DNA from: Botryllus schlosseri
Taxonomy: Eukaryota
Length of the DNA stretch: 64,000 bases
Assembly: GCA_051294905.1 (NCBI GenBank)
Contig: CM119372.1
Coordinates: forward strand, 16,990,001 to 17,054,000
Reading direction: 5' to 3'
In this document: positions 41,406-54,901 of the stretch, piece after piece
How the letters are laid out: the number at the start of each line of letters is the position of its first letter
Numbering within the stretch: position 1 is the stretch's first letter
Program-made: the position numbers and the translations under genes
The notes under the pieces: generated by a model
Told to the model about the DNA's origin: nothing
Seen by the model: only the letters and a program-made list of their open reading frames with translations
Databases searched by the model: none

Positions 41406-44400
41406 GGCGCGGAAATATTTTTTATGTTTATTATGAAATTAGTGTGTTTATTATGAAATTATTTGGTTTATGCTGTAAAAGAGTTTCGTTAATAAAAAAC
41501 ACTGCGACATGATTGAGTTAATCAAACACAGTGCAAATAATTACAAATCGACTGCAGTAGATATTCTTTTATGATATACGAAGGAGGATGACACGAATAT
41601 CTTGTAATACTCTAGAAATTCATTTAATTATCTTGTGTTAATTACGAAATCACTTGGCTCATGCTGTAAAATACATTGCATCGTGAAAAGTTATTATATG
41701 TAATCTCATAAGTTAGAGTAAAATTTGAACTCGTTTGAAAATTAAGATTCAGTACTTGATTATCAAATTAGATTTAGTTGAGTAAACGTGAGGAGTTATA
41801 AGTTATTCTACTGAAGTTTCTATGAGGTGAGGTCCTGTTAAAAAGCACTAACTTGATTATTTCGGAATAGAATAGACGACCAACTTCATTCGTCAACGAC
41901 CATAAGACCCCTCATACATACATACACACTTACATTAGCTGATTGGGACTGTCTGTCCTTACTATGATGCTTGACAAAAAACGCGGAAAAGGACTTGAAC
42001 AGTAGTTGCGGACTTACTTGCACAAATTACTAGCTACATAATACAACAAGTTACGACTCGTTGATGTAACTGTCCTCATTTGTATGCATAGCCTACCAGA
42101 AATTGGTTACTGAGGGAGGTACTTTTTTGCAGATTGCAACAACATAGCCATATATGTATTTGTTCCGTATACACAATATTTGTATAACACGATATTTGAA
42201 GGTGGAGATGAACTAACGAAATTTGGTGTCGTAAGGTAGCTAATTATAAACGGTCGTAACCTCGTATCGCTATGATGTCATATAACACTGTTCCAAGTCC
42301 CAAAGCTATCACTGGAGAGCTCGCCGAGTGAATATCATTAGTCAAGATGATCAAACAGAACGAATATAAGCTCATCGTAACATATACTGCTATTTGACAG
42401 ACTTGACTTAAAATATATGGAAAAGTAATTATGTAAGTCATAAAATAGGGTCAAGTGTACGTGTAGAATTAATATTAAATGAGATTTACTTGCTACGCTC
42501 AAGTACAGGTTAAAGAAGAGATTTCCAAGTGGGTGAATGAGCTAGTTTTTTATTCCAAATCTTATCTAAAACTGAAACTGTCAAGTACCGATAAAGTAGT
42601 CTAAAACCTAGTCACATTTTACGTGGAGGGAGTCCATAGCGAAGTACTTGTACATTTTGAAGTACTCATGTATAGGTTTGGTCTGCTTGTGCTATACTTA
42701 ATCAAGTGATTAACTTTTTTACACTGCATCTACTTCTATTTCAGAGTTTTCGGTTTTCGAGCAAACTATACCTACAATACTTACTTTTTAACTAACTCGG
42801 AAATCATCACTTCTGGTACTTTACTAGGACTTTACTGCTACTAAAATATTGAAACGTACTTTTTCAGTGGTCCAGTGGTCTTGGTGAGCGTTGTCAGTTT
42901 CATCTATATCCTACGAGGCATTTTCGCGCTGCAGAATGACTTACCGCAATAAAAATACCAAAAAATACATCGAGAATTAGCGAACTCTCACTGTGCAATA
43001 TTTGAGTTTTACGAAGTACCCTTCAAAGTGAACCTACATGTTGGATATTATTCAAAACCTAATAAAATTTCGCGACGAGCGGGGAATCCTTTAAAATAAG
43101 ATAGAAGTAGTCATTTCCGAGTAAGTAAAACGTTAGTACTCCAGGTATATTTCTGCTTAATACTATAACTATCATGAAGTTGAAGCACTCCAACATCATA
43201 AGGATTTGAGAGTATTTGGTGCATGTAGGCGAAAAACCTACTTGGGTACTCCGAAGAAGTACGAGTACTTCTTTACTTAACAACTCCGAAGGTTAGCACA
43301 GTTTGTGATATTTCGATTACCTGCTAATAAGATGTTGAAATGTAATGTAATTTTTTCAGGGGTCTTGATGAATTGTACCAGTTTCATCTATTTCCTATAA
43401 TGCATTTCACCGTCCCGAATGACTTATCACCATGAAAAAATAGCAAAAAATGTATCGAAAATTTGCGAAGTCCTACTATGCGATATTTGAGTTTTTCAAT
43501 TTATATTTCGGAATTAGCCAAGTTGGATATTAACGAAAACCCCGTAAAATTTCACTCCAAGCGTTATGGCTTTAACTCGAGCAAATACGTATTTCAAATT
43601 TTATGAGTGAAATAACCTTCCTTATGTTAAATCTACATAGGGTAGAATAAATCGAAAAAAATTAATTCGGAAGCCCGGGCATCGAGGTATAGCTCACCGG
43701 CACACCGCAGTCCAATAACGAGAGTGGAATAATATAGAAATAATACCGAAGCATTGTAAAAGTGACGTTTCTTCGTTTATGCATTTAAAATTTCACATTA
43801 TAAAAAGTTAGTATTCACGGTCCATTTTTGTTTAATACTGAAACTGACTTGAATTCGAAACAGGCCTATATCATAAACACTTGAGTAGTTGGTGCATGTA
43901 GCCAAAAACCTACTTGACTACTTTGAAGAAACACATGTACTTCTCTGCTCAACATCTCTGAAAGGTAGAAGTGGAGATATAGTCTACAAACATAACCAGT
44001 TACTCACTTTTACCTACTTACTTACTTACTTACTTACTTTAAAATCTGTACTTTTACTTGTATTCGAGCAGAATTATGCGATGTTGAGTACCATCTGACG
44101 GCGTCTATTCACACTGCTGGAAAATTAAGGTTCAGTACTCGAGTATCAAATTAGATTTAGTTAAGTGAACGTGAGGATTTATAAGTGATTCTACCAAGTT
44201 TCTATGAGGCGAGGTGTTGGTAAACCACCAACTTGATTATTTCGGAATATAGAATAGAAGACCAGTTTCTGTCGTTAAGCACCATTAGACCAATCATTCA
44301 TACATACAGTACTTACATTATTTGCTTGGCGCTGTCTATCCTTATTAAGATGCTTGCTACGAACATGGTAAATGCATTGAACAACAGCAGTTGCGGCATT

Positions 44401-45695
44401 ACTCGCACCAATTACATAGGTACATAATAACGCAAGTTAACACACGTTGGTTCGATCCCGAGTTACGTGCACTAATTACTAGCTACATAATACAATATCT
44501 TAACACTTGTAGAACACGATATTTGCTCATGGAGAACTGACGATAGTTTCGAAGTCTCACTTCATGTATTACATTATATGCTTTAAACAACATAACGACT
44601 TGACACTGGAAAAACACTTTCACGTTATTCAATAACTCGTTTCTCGAAAACTTGTTGCTTGTGTGATTTACAACTGCGGTGTGCAAAGGGTTAGGAACGT
44701 TAGAAATATAGTTCTACAATCTACATTCTATTTGTTTTGATGTAAGGGAACAATCATTCGATAACTCGATACTTCTCGTTAGTAAAGTAAAATTGTTTGC
44801 GCGTTAAGCTTTGTGGAACGAAAGTCAAATACATATCTCTACTCTTTTGTGGAAGTTACAAGATTACTGTGATGACATTGATAGGTCTCTCAAGCAGTGA
44901 TCATGGTTTTGTTTTTGAAAGATGTCGCTCGATGTCGGTATAATTATTTTCTAAAATACAAACTCGGACGAAATCATATGAATGTGTAGGACTTACCTAA
45001 AACATATATTGTGCACAAACAACTTTGGTACCAAGAACTATGATATTCTTGTAAATACTAGTTCTGTGTTGGGTTATTTGAAATTAAGATACGTGACCAT
45101 TCATGTAAAAAAGTTATTTTGATATCAAAACAACATTTTGTAGAGACTATATCATTCTATAGTTCGAAAACGCCTCTCTACTTCATTCTTCAGTTTTCGT
45201 AGTACGAGAATATTGAATAAAGTCGAATTACTCATTCATCAGCAGTGAATTTCTAGTAAAGTTACAAGAAAGTGATGATTTCCGAGCGGCCTAAACAAGT
45301 AAATGTTGACTATTCAGAGTATACTCAAGTAAAGTTTTTAGTGTACATGTACTCCAAATACTCTCAAGTGTTTATGATATTGTACTGCTTCAAATCCATT
45401 ATAGTTTCAGAATTAAGCAGAAATAGACCTAGAATACTAACATTTTACTTAGTCGGAAATAGCTGCTTCCCCTTAATTCATAAGGATTTGTCGCTCGGAG
45501 CGACATTCATACAAGGTTTTGGATAATACCCAACATGTAGGTTCACTTCAGAAGGGTAATTTGTAAAAACTCAATTATCGTATAGTGAGACTCCGCTATT
45601 TTTCATTGTGATAAGTCACTCTGAAGTGCGAAAATGCATGGTAGGATATAGATGAAACTGGGCCCGCTCATCAAGCCCAATGGAAAAAGTACATA

Positions 45696-45795
45696 NNNNN
45701 NNNNNNNNNNNNNNNNNNNNNNNNNNNNNNNNNNNNNNNNNNNNNNNNNNNNNNNNNNNNNNNNNNNNNNNNNNNNNNNNNNNNNNNNNNNNNNN
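45696..45795. other. Assembly gap (100 N)
   Basis: Run of N; sequence after the gap restarts at the equivalent of 37550. Confidence 0.99.
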
Positions 45796-48700
45796 TGAAT
45801 GAGTAATCGACTTTATTCAATATTCTCGTACTACGAAACTGAAGAATGAATAGAGGCGTTTTCGAACTATAGAATGATATAGTCTCTACAAAATGTTTTT
45901 GATATCAAAATAACTTTTTTACATGAATGGTCACGTATCTTAATATTCAAATAACCCAACACAGAACTAGTATTACAAGAATATCATAGTTCTTGTACCA
46001 AAGTTGTTTGTGCACAATATATGTTTAAGGTAAGTCCTACACATTCATGATTTCGTCCGAGTTTGTATTTTAGAAAATAATATACCGACATCGCGACATC
46101 TTTCAAAAACAAAACCATGATCACTGCTTGAGAGACCTATCAATGTCATCACAGTAATCTTGTAACTTCCACAAAAGAGTAGATATGTATTTGACTTTCG
46201 TTCCACAAAGCTAACGCGCAAACAATTTACTTTACTAACGAGAAGTATCGAGTTATCGAATGATTTTCCCTTACATCAAAACAAATAGAATGTAGATTGT
46301 AGAACTATATTTCTAACGTTCCTAACCCTTTGCACACCGCAGTTGTAAATCACACAAGCAACAAGTTTCGAGAAACGAGTTATTGAATAACGTGAAAGTG
46401 TTTTTCCAGTGTCAAGTCGTTATGTTGATTAAAGCATATAATGTAATACCATGAAGTGAGACTTCGAAACTATCGTCAGTTCTCCATGAGCAAATATCGT
46501 GTTCTACAAGTGTTAAGATATTGTATTATGTAGCTAGTAATTAGTGCACGTAATCTCGGGATCGAACCAACGTGTGTTAACTTGCGTTATTATGTACCTA
46601 GTAATTGGTGCGAGTAATGCCGCAACTGCTGTTGTTCAATGCATTTACCATGTTCGTAGCAAGCATCTTAATAAGGATAGACAGCGCCAAGCAAATAATG
46701 TAAGTATGTATGTATGAATGATTGGTCTAATGGTGCTTAACGACAGAAACTGGTCTTCTATTCTATATTCCGAAATAATCAAGTTGGTGGTTTACCAACA
46801 CCTCGCCTCATAGAAACTTGGTAGAATCACTTATAAATCCTCACGTTCACTTAACTAAATCTAATTTGATACTCGAGTACTGAACCTTAATTTTCCAGCA
46901 GTGTGATAGACGCCGTCAGATGGTACTCAACATCGCATAATTCTGCTCGAATACAAGTAAAAGTACAGATTTTAAAGTAAGTAAGTAAGTAAGTAAGTAG
47001 GTAAAAGTGAGTAACTGGTTATGTTTGTAGACTATATCTCCACTTCTACCTTTCAGAGATGTTGAGCAGAGAAGTACATGTGTTTCTTCAAAGTAGTCAA
47101 GTAGGTTTTTGGCTACATGCACCAACTACTCAAGTGTTTATGATATAGGCCTGTTTCGAATTCAAGTCAGTTTCAGTATTAAACAAAAATGGACCGTGAA
47201 TACTAACTTTTATAATGTGAAATTTTAAATGCATAAACGAAGAAACGTCACTTTTACAATGCTTCGGTATTATTTCTATATTATTCCACTCTCGTTATTG
47301 GACTGCGGTGTGCCGGTGAGCTATACCTCGATGCCCGGGCTTCCGAATTAATTTTTTTCGATTTATTCTACCCTATGTAGATTTAACATAAGGAAGGTTA
47401 TTTCACTCATAAAATTTGAAATACGTATTTGCTCGAGTTAAAGCCATAACGCTTGGAGTGAAATTTTACGGGGTTTTCGTTAATATCCAACTTGGCTAAT
47501 TCCGAAATATAAATTGAAAAACTCAAATATCGCATAGTAGGACTTCGCAAATTTTCGATACATTTTTTGCTATTTTTTCATGGTGATAAGTCATTCGGGA
47601 CGGTGAAATGCATTATAGGAAATAGATGAAACTGGTACAATTCATCAAGACCCCTGAAAAAATTACATTACATTTCAACATCTTATTAGCAGGTAATCGA
47701 AATATCACAAACTGTGCTAACCTTCGGAGTTGTTAAGTAAAGAAGTACTCGTACTTCTTCGGAGTACCCAAGTAGGTTTTTCGCCTACATGCACCAAATA
47801 CTCTCAAATCCTTATGATGTTGGAGTGCTTCAACTTCATGATAGTTATAGTATTAAGCAGAAATATACCTGGAGTACTAACGTTTTACTTACTCGGAAAT
47901 GACTACTTCTATCTTATTTTAAAGGATTCCCCGCTCGTCGCGAAATTTTATTAGGTTTTGAATAATATCCAACATGTAGGTTCACTTTGAAGGGTACTTC
48001 GTAAAACTCAAATATTGCACAGTGAGAGTTCGCTAATTCTCGATGTATTTTTTGGTATTTTTATTGCGGTAAGTCATTCTGCAGCGCGAAAATGCCTCGT
48101 AGGATATAGATGAAACTGACAACGCTCACCAAGACCACTGGACCACTGAAAAAGTACGTTTCAATATTTTAGTAGCAGTAAAGTCCTAGTAAAGTACCAG
48201 AAGTGATGATTTCCGAGTTAGTTAAAAAGTAAGTATTGTAGGTATAGTTTGCTCGAAAACCGAAAACTCTGAAATAGAAGTAGATGCAGTGTAAAAAAGT
48301 TAATCACTTGATTAAGTATAGCACAAGCAGACCAAACCTATACATGAGTACTTCAAAATGTACAAGTACTTCGCTATGGACTCCCTCCACGTAAAATGTG
48401 ACTAGGTTTTAGACTACTTTATCGGTACTTGACAGTTTCAGTTTTAGATAAGATTTGGAATAAAAAACTAGCTCATTCACCCACTTGGAAATCTCTTCTT
48501 TAACCTGTACTTGAGCGTAGCAAGTAAATCTCATTTAATATTAATTCTACACGTACACTTGACCCTATTTTATGACTTACATAATTACTTTTCCATATAT
48601 TTTAAGTCAAGTCTGTCAAATAGCAGTATATGTTACGATGAGCTTATATTCGTTCTGTTTGATCATCTTGACTAATGATATTCACTCGGCGAGCTCTCCA

Positions 48701-49608
48701 GTGATAGCTTTGGGACTTGGAACAGTGTTATATGACATCATAGCGATACGAGGTTACGACCGTTTATAATTAGCTACCTTACGACACCAAATTTCGTTAG
48801 TTCATCTCCACCTTCAAATATCGTGTTATACAAATATTGTGTATACGGAACAAATACATATATGGCTATGTTGTTGCAATCTGCAAAAAAGTACCTCCCT
48901 CAGTAACCAATTTCTGGTAGGCTATGCATACAAATGAGGACAGTTACATCAACGAGTCGTAACTTGTTGTATTATGTAGCTAGTAATTTGTGCAAGTAAG
49001 TCCGCAACTACTGTTCAAGTCCTTTTCCGCGTTTTTTGTCAAGCATCATAGTAAGGACAGACAGTCCCAATCAGCTAATGTAAGTGTGTATGTATGTATG
49101 AGGGGTCTTATGGTCGTTGACGAATGAAGTTGGTCGTCTATTCTATTCCGAAATAATCAAGTTAGTGCTTTTTAACAGGACCTCACCTCATAGAAACTTC
49201 AGTAGAATAACTTATAACTCCTCACGTTTACTCAACTAAATCTAATTTGATAATCAAGTACTGAATCTTAATTTTCAAACGAGTTCAAATTTTACTCTAA
49301 CTTATGAGATTACATATAATAACTTTTCACGATGCAATGTATTTTACAGCATGAGCCAAGTGATTTCGTAATTAACACAAGATAATTAAATGAATTTCTA
49401 GAGTATTACAAGATATTCGTGTCATCCTCCTTCGTATATCATAAAAGAATATCTACTGCAGTCGATTTGTAATTATTTGCACTGTGTTTGATTAACTCAA
49501 TCATGTCGCAGTGTTTTTTATTAACGAAACTCTTTTACAGCATAAACCAAATAATTTCATAATAAACACACTAATTTCATAATAAACATAAAAAAATATT
49601 TCCGCGCC

Positions 49609-49650
49609 CTCCTAAACCTAATTCCTCCTAACCCTATAACCTAATCCTGA
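49609..49650. other. Second copy of the palindrome centre (same orientation, offset 8245 bp)
   Basis: Identical spacer and stems to 41364-41405. Confidence 0.85.
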
Positions 49651-52600
49651 GGCGCGGAAATATTTTTTATGTTTATTATGAAATTAGTGTGTTTATTATG
49701 AAATTATTTGGTTTATGCTGTAAAAGAGTTTCGTTAATAAAAAACACTGCGACATGATTGAGTTAATCAAACACAGTGCAAATAATTACAAATCGACTGC
49801 AGTAGATATTCTTTTATGATATACGAAGGAGGATGACACGAATATCTTGTAATACTCTAGAAATTCATTTAATTATCTTGTGTTAATTACGAAATCACTT
49901 GGCTCATGCTGTAAAATACATTGCATCGTGAAAAGTTATTATATGTAATCTCATAAGTTAGAGTAAAATTTGAACTCGTTTGAAAATTAAGATTCAGTAC
50001 TTGATTATCAAATTAGATTTAGTTGAGTAAACGTGAGGAGTTATAAGTTATTCTACTGAAGTTTCTATGAGGTGAGGTCCTGTTAAAAAGCACTAACTTG
50101 ATTATTTCGGAATAGAATAGACGACCAACTTCATTCGTCAACGACCATAAGACCCCTCATACATACATACACACTTACATTAGCTGATTGGGACTGTCTG
50201 TCCTTACTATGATGCTTGACAAAAAACGCGGAAAAGGACTTGAACAGTAGTTGCGGACTTACTTGCACAAATTACTAGCTACATAATACAACAAGTTACG
50301 ACTCGTTGATGTAACTGTCCTCATTTGTATGCATAGCCTACCAGAAATTGGTTACTGAGGGAGGTACTTTTTTGCAGATTGCAACAACATAGCCATATAT
50401 GTATTTGTTCCGTATACACAATATTTGTATAACACGATATTTGAAGGTGGAGATGAACTAACGAAATTTGGTGTCGTAAGGTAGCTAATTATAAACGGTC
50501 GTAACCTCGTATCGCTATGATGTCATATAACACTGTTCCAAGTCCCAAAGCTATCACTGGAGAGCTCGCCGAGTGAATATCATTAGTCAAGATGATCAAA
50601 CAGAACGAATATAAGCTCATCGTAACATATACTGCTATTTGACAGACTTGACTTAAAATATATGGAAAAGTAATTATGTAAGTCATAAAATAGGGTCAAG
50701 TGTACGTGTAGAATTAATATTAAATGAGATTTACTTGCTACGCTCAAGTACAGGTTAAAGAAGAGATTTCCAAGTGGGTGAATGAGCTAGTTTTTTATTC
50801 CAAATCTTATCTAAAACTGAAACTGTCAAGTACCGATAAAGTAGTCTAAAACCTAGTCACATTTTACGTGGAGGGAGTCCATAGCGAAGTACTTGTACAT
50901 TTTGAAGTACTCATGTATAGGTTTGGTCTGCTTGTGCTATACTTAATCAAGTGATTAACTTTTTTACACTGCATCTACTTCTATTTCAGAGTTTTCGGTT
51001 TTCGAGCAAACTATACCTACAATACTTACTTTTTAACTAACTCGGAAATCATCACTTCTGGTACTTTACTAGGACTTTACTGCTACTAAAATATTGAAAC
51101 GTACTTTTTCAGTGGTCCAGTGGTCTTGGTGAGCGTTGTCAGTTTCATCTATATCCTACGAGGCATTTTCGCGCTGCAGAATGACTTACCGCAATAAAAA
51201 TACCAAAAAATACATCGAGAATTAGCGAACTCTCACTGTGCAATATTTGAGTTTTACGAAGTACCCTTCAAAGTGAACCTACATGTTGGATATTATTCAA
51301 AACCTAATAAAATTTCGCGACGAGCGGGGAATCCTTTAAAATAAGATAGAAGTAGTCATTTCCGAGTAAGTAAAACGTTAGTACTCCAGGTATATTTCTG
51401 CTTAATACTATAACTATCATGAAGTTGAAGCACTCCAACATCATAAGGATTTGAGAGTATTTGGTGCATGTAGGCGAAAAACCTACTTGGGTACTCCGAA
51501 GAAGTACGAGTACTTCTTTACTTAACAACTCCGAAGGTTAGCACAGTTTGTGATATTTCGATTACCTGCTAATAAGATGTTGAAATGTAATGTAATTTTT
51601 TCAGGGGTCTTGATGAATTGTACCAGTTTCATCTATTTCCTATAATGCATTTCACCGTCCCGAATGACTTATCACCATGAAAAAATAGCAAAAAATGTAT
51701 CGAAAATTTGCGAAGTCCTACTATGCGATATTTGAGTTTTTCAATTTATATTTCGGAATTAGCCAAGTTGGATATTAACGAAAACCCCGTAAAATTTCAC
51801 TCCAAGCGTTATGGCTTTAACTCGAGCAAATACGTATTTCAAATTTTATGAGTGAAATAACCTTCCTTATGTTAAATCTACATAGGGTAGAATAAATCGA
51901 AAAAAATTAATTCGGAAGCCCGGGCATCGAGGTATAGCTCACCGGCACACCGCAGTCCAATAACGAGAGTGGAATAATATAGAAATAATACCGAAGCATT
52001 GTAAAAGTGACGTTTCTTCGTTTATGCATTTAAAATTTCACATTATAAAAAGTTAGTATTCACGGTCCATTTTTGTTTAATACTGAAACTGACTTGAATT
52101 CGAAACAGGCCTATATCATAAACACTTGAGTAGTTGGTGCATGTAGCCAAAAACCTACTTGACTACTTTGAAGAAACACATGTACTTCTCTGCTCAACAT
52201 CTCTGAAAGGTAGAAGTGGAGATATAGTCTACAAACATAACCAGTTACTCACTTTTACCTACTTACTTACTTACTTACTTACTTTAAAATCTGTACTTTT
52301 ACTTGTATTCGAGCAGAATTATGCGATGTTGAGTACCATCTGACGGCGTCTATCACACTGCTGGAAAATTAAGGTTCAGTACTCGAGTATCAAATTAGAT
52401 TTAGTTAAGTGAACGTGAGGATTTATAAGTGATTCTACCAAGTTTCTATGAGGCGAGGTGTTGGTAAACCACCAACTTGATTATTTCGGAATATAGAATA
52501 GAAGACCAGTTTCTGTCGTTAAGCACCATTAGACCAATCATTCATACATACATACTTACATTATTTGCTTGGCGCTGTCTATCCTTATTAAGATGCTTGC

Positions 52601-54822
52601 TACGAACATGGTAAATGCATTGAACAACAGCAGTTGCGGCATTACTCGCACCAATTACTAGGTACATAATAACGCAAGTTAACACACGTTGGTTCGATCC
52701 CGAGATTACGTGCACTAATTACTAGCTACATAATACAATATCTTAACACTTGTAGAACACGATATTTGCTCATGGAGAACTGACGATAGTTTCGAAGTCT
52801 CACTTCATGGTATTACATTATATGCTTTAATCAACATAACGACTTGACACTGGAAAAACACTTTCACGTTATTCAATAACTCGTTTCTCGAAACTTGTTG
52901 CTTGTGTGATTTACAACTGCGGTGTGCAAAGGGTTAGGAACGTTAGAAATATAGTTCTACAATCTACATTCTATTTGTTTTGATGTAAGGGAAAATCATT
53001 CGATAACTCGATACTTCTCGTTAGTAAAGTAAATTGTTTGCGCGTTAGCTTTGTGGAACGAAAGTCAAATACATATCTACTCTTTTGTGGAAGTTACAAG
53101 ATTACTGTGATGACATTGATAGGTCTCTCAAGCAGTGATCATGGTTTTGTTTTTGAAAGATGTCGCGATGTCGGTATATTATTTTCTAAAATACAAACTC
53201 GGACGAAATCATGAATGTGTAGGACTTACCTTAAACATATATTGTGCACAAACAACTTTGGTACAAGAACTATGATATTCTTGTAATACTAGTTCTGTGT
53301 TGGGTTATTTGAATATTAAGATACGTGACCATTCATGTAAAAAAGTTATTTTGATATCAAAAACATTTTGTAGAGACTATATCATTCTATAGTTCGAAAA
53401 CGCCTCTATTCATTCTTCAGTTTCGTAGTACGAGAATATTGAATAAAGTCGATTACTCATTCATCAGCAGTGAATTTCTAGTAAAGTACAAGAAGTGATG
53501 ATTTCCGAGCGGCTAAACAAGTAAATGTTGACTTCTTCAGAGTATACTCAAGTAAGTTTTTAGTGTACATGTACCAAATACTCTCAAGTGTTTATGATAT
53601 TGTACTGCTTCAAATCCATTATAGTTTCAGAATTAAGCAGAAATAGACCTAGAATACTAACATTTTACTTAGTCGGAAATAGCTGCTTCCACCTTAATTC
53701 AAAGGATTTGTCGCTCGGAGCGACATTCTACAAGGTTTTGGATAATACCCAACATGTAGGTTCACTTCGAAGGGTAATTTGTAAAACTCAATTATCGTAT
53801 AGTGAGACTCCGCTATTTTTCATTGTGATAAGTCACTCTGAAGTGCGAAAATGCATGGTAGGATATAGATGAAACTGGGCCCGCTCATCAAGCCCAATGG
53901 AAAAGTACATTTCAACATTCTATTACCAGTAAGTTTCTTCCAAAGTACATGATGTGCTGATTTCCGAGTGACTAAAAAAAGTAAGTATTGAAGGTATTAT
54001 TTGTCTGATAACTGAAAACTCTAGTCTAAACAGATAATCACTTGATTAAGTATAGCCCAGACAGGCGAAACCTATACTCGAGTACTCCCAATAATCAATT
54101 ATTTCGATATCGAGAGGGTTTGGATGATATCCAATATGTAAGCTCACTTTGAAGGATAATTCGTAAAACTCAAATATTTCGCAGTGAGAATCTGCAGATT
54201 CTCGATGTAGCCTATTTTTGCTATTTTACGATGCGATAAGTCATTCTGCTGTGCGAAAATGCATGATAGGATATAGATGAAACTGACGCTGCTCATCAAG
54301 GCCATTGAAAAAAGTACATTTTAACATTTTAGTAGCAGCAAATTTTTAGTAAAGTGCAAGAAGTGACGATTTCCGAGCGAGTAAATCACCACTCGGCCAA
54401 CTCAGTAGTTATTTACGGCATTTAGCCTCAGCTATGCAACTGGTATTTAGAGCTAGCAGTGATATCCACTAAGTCATTTGTGTTTTTGTTATTATGGAGC
54501 ACACGATTGAATCGCTACGACTAACGCATTGCTGTCTAACTCATTGGGGAATAGATTTTTCAACGGTTAAGTATTTAGAGCTAACAATGCGGTATGGGAT
54601 CCACTAAGTTCGAACAATTGCGTTTTGTTATTGTCGAATACCGCGCACCTATTGCGATATCAGCTCTCCGCATCTTGTTGTATTTAGGGCTATTGCACAA
54701 GCTATCTTTAATATGCTGCAATATATACAGGTTCGCACTTGTCTAGGGTATTCACTTCCGTCCACTAGCTTTTCAAGACGCATTGATAATCGCGCGTATT
54801 CAATTACCTAATCGTTGGATGA

Positions 54823-54901
54823 ACATTCCTGACAAAGGCATATATGTCCCTAGGGAACCAAGCTAACTTCGCTTCTATTATTTTTTACATTGTTTGCAAA
54901 G
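54823..54901 (-). pseudogene. Mirror copy of the RING finger remnant
   Basis: Reverse complement of 36112-36190 with the same lesions. Confidence 0.55.

Noticed and set aside
38670..53872. Repeated 65-94 aa ORFs (MVHVAKN..., MLSKEVL..., MTYIITF..., MFMILYC...)
   Set aside because: They recur only because the DNA is duplicated; mostly non-ATG starts, no recognisable motifs, one spans an (AAGT)n microsatellite
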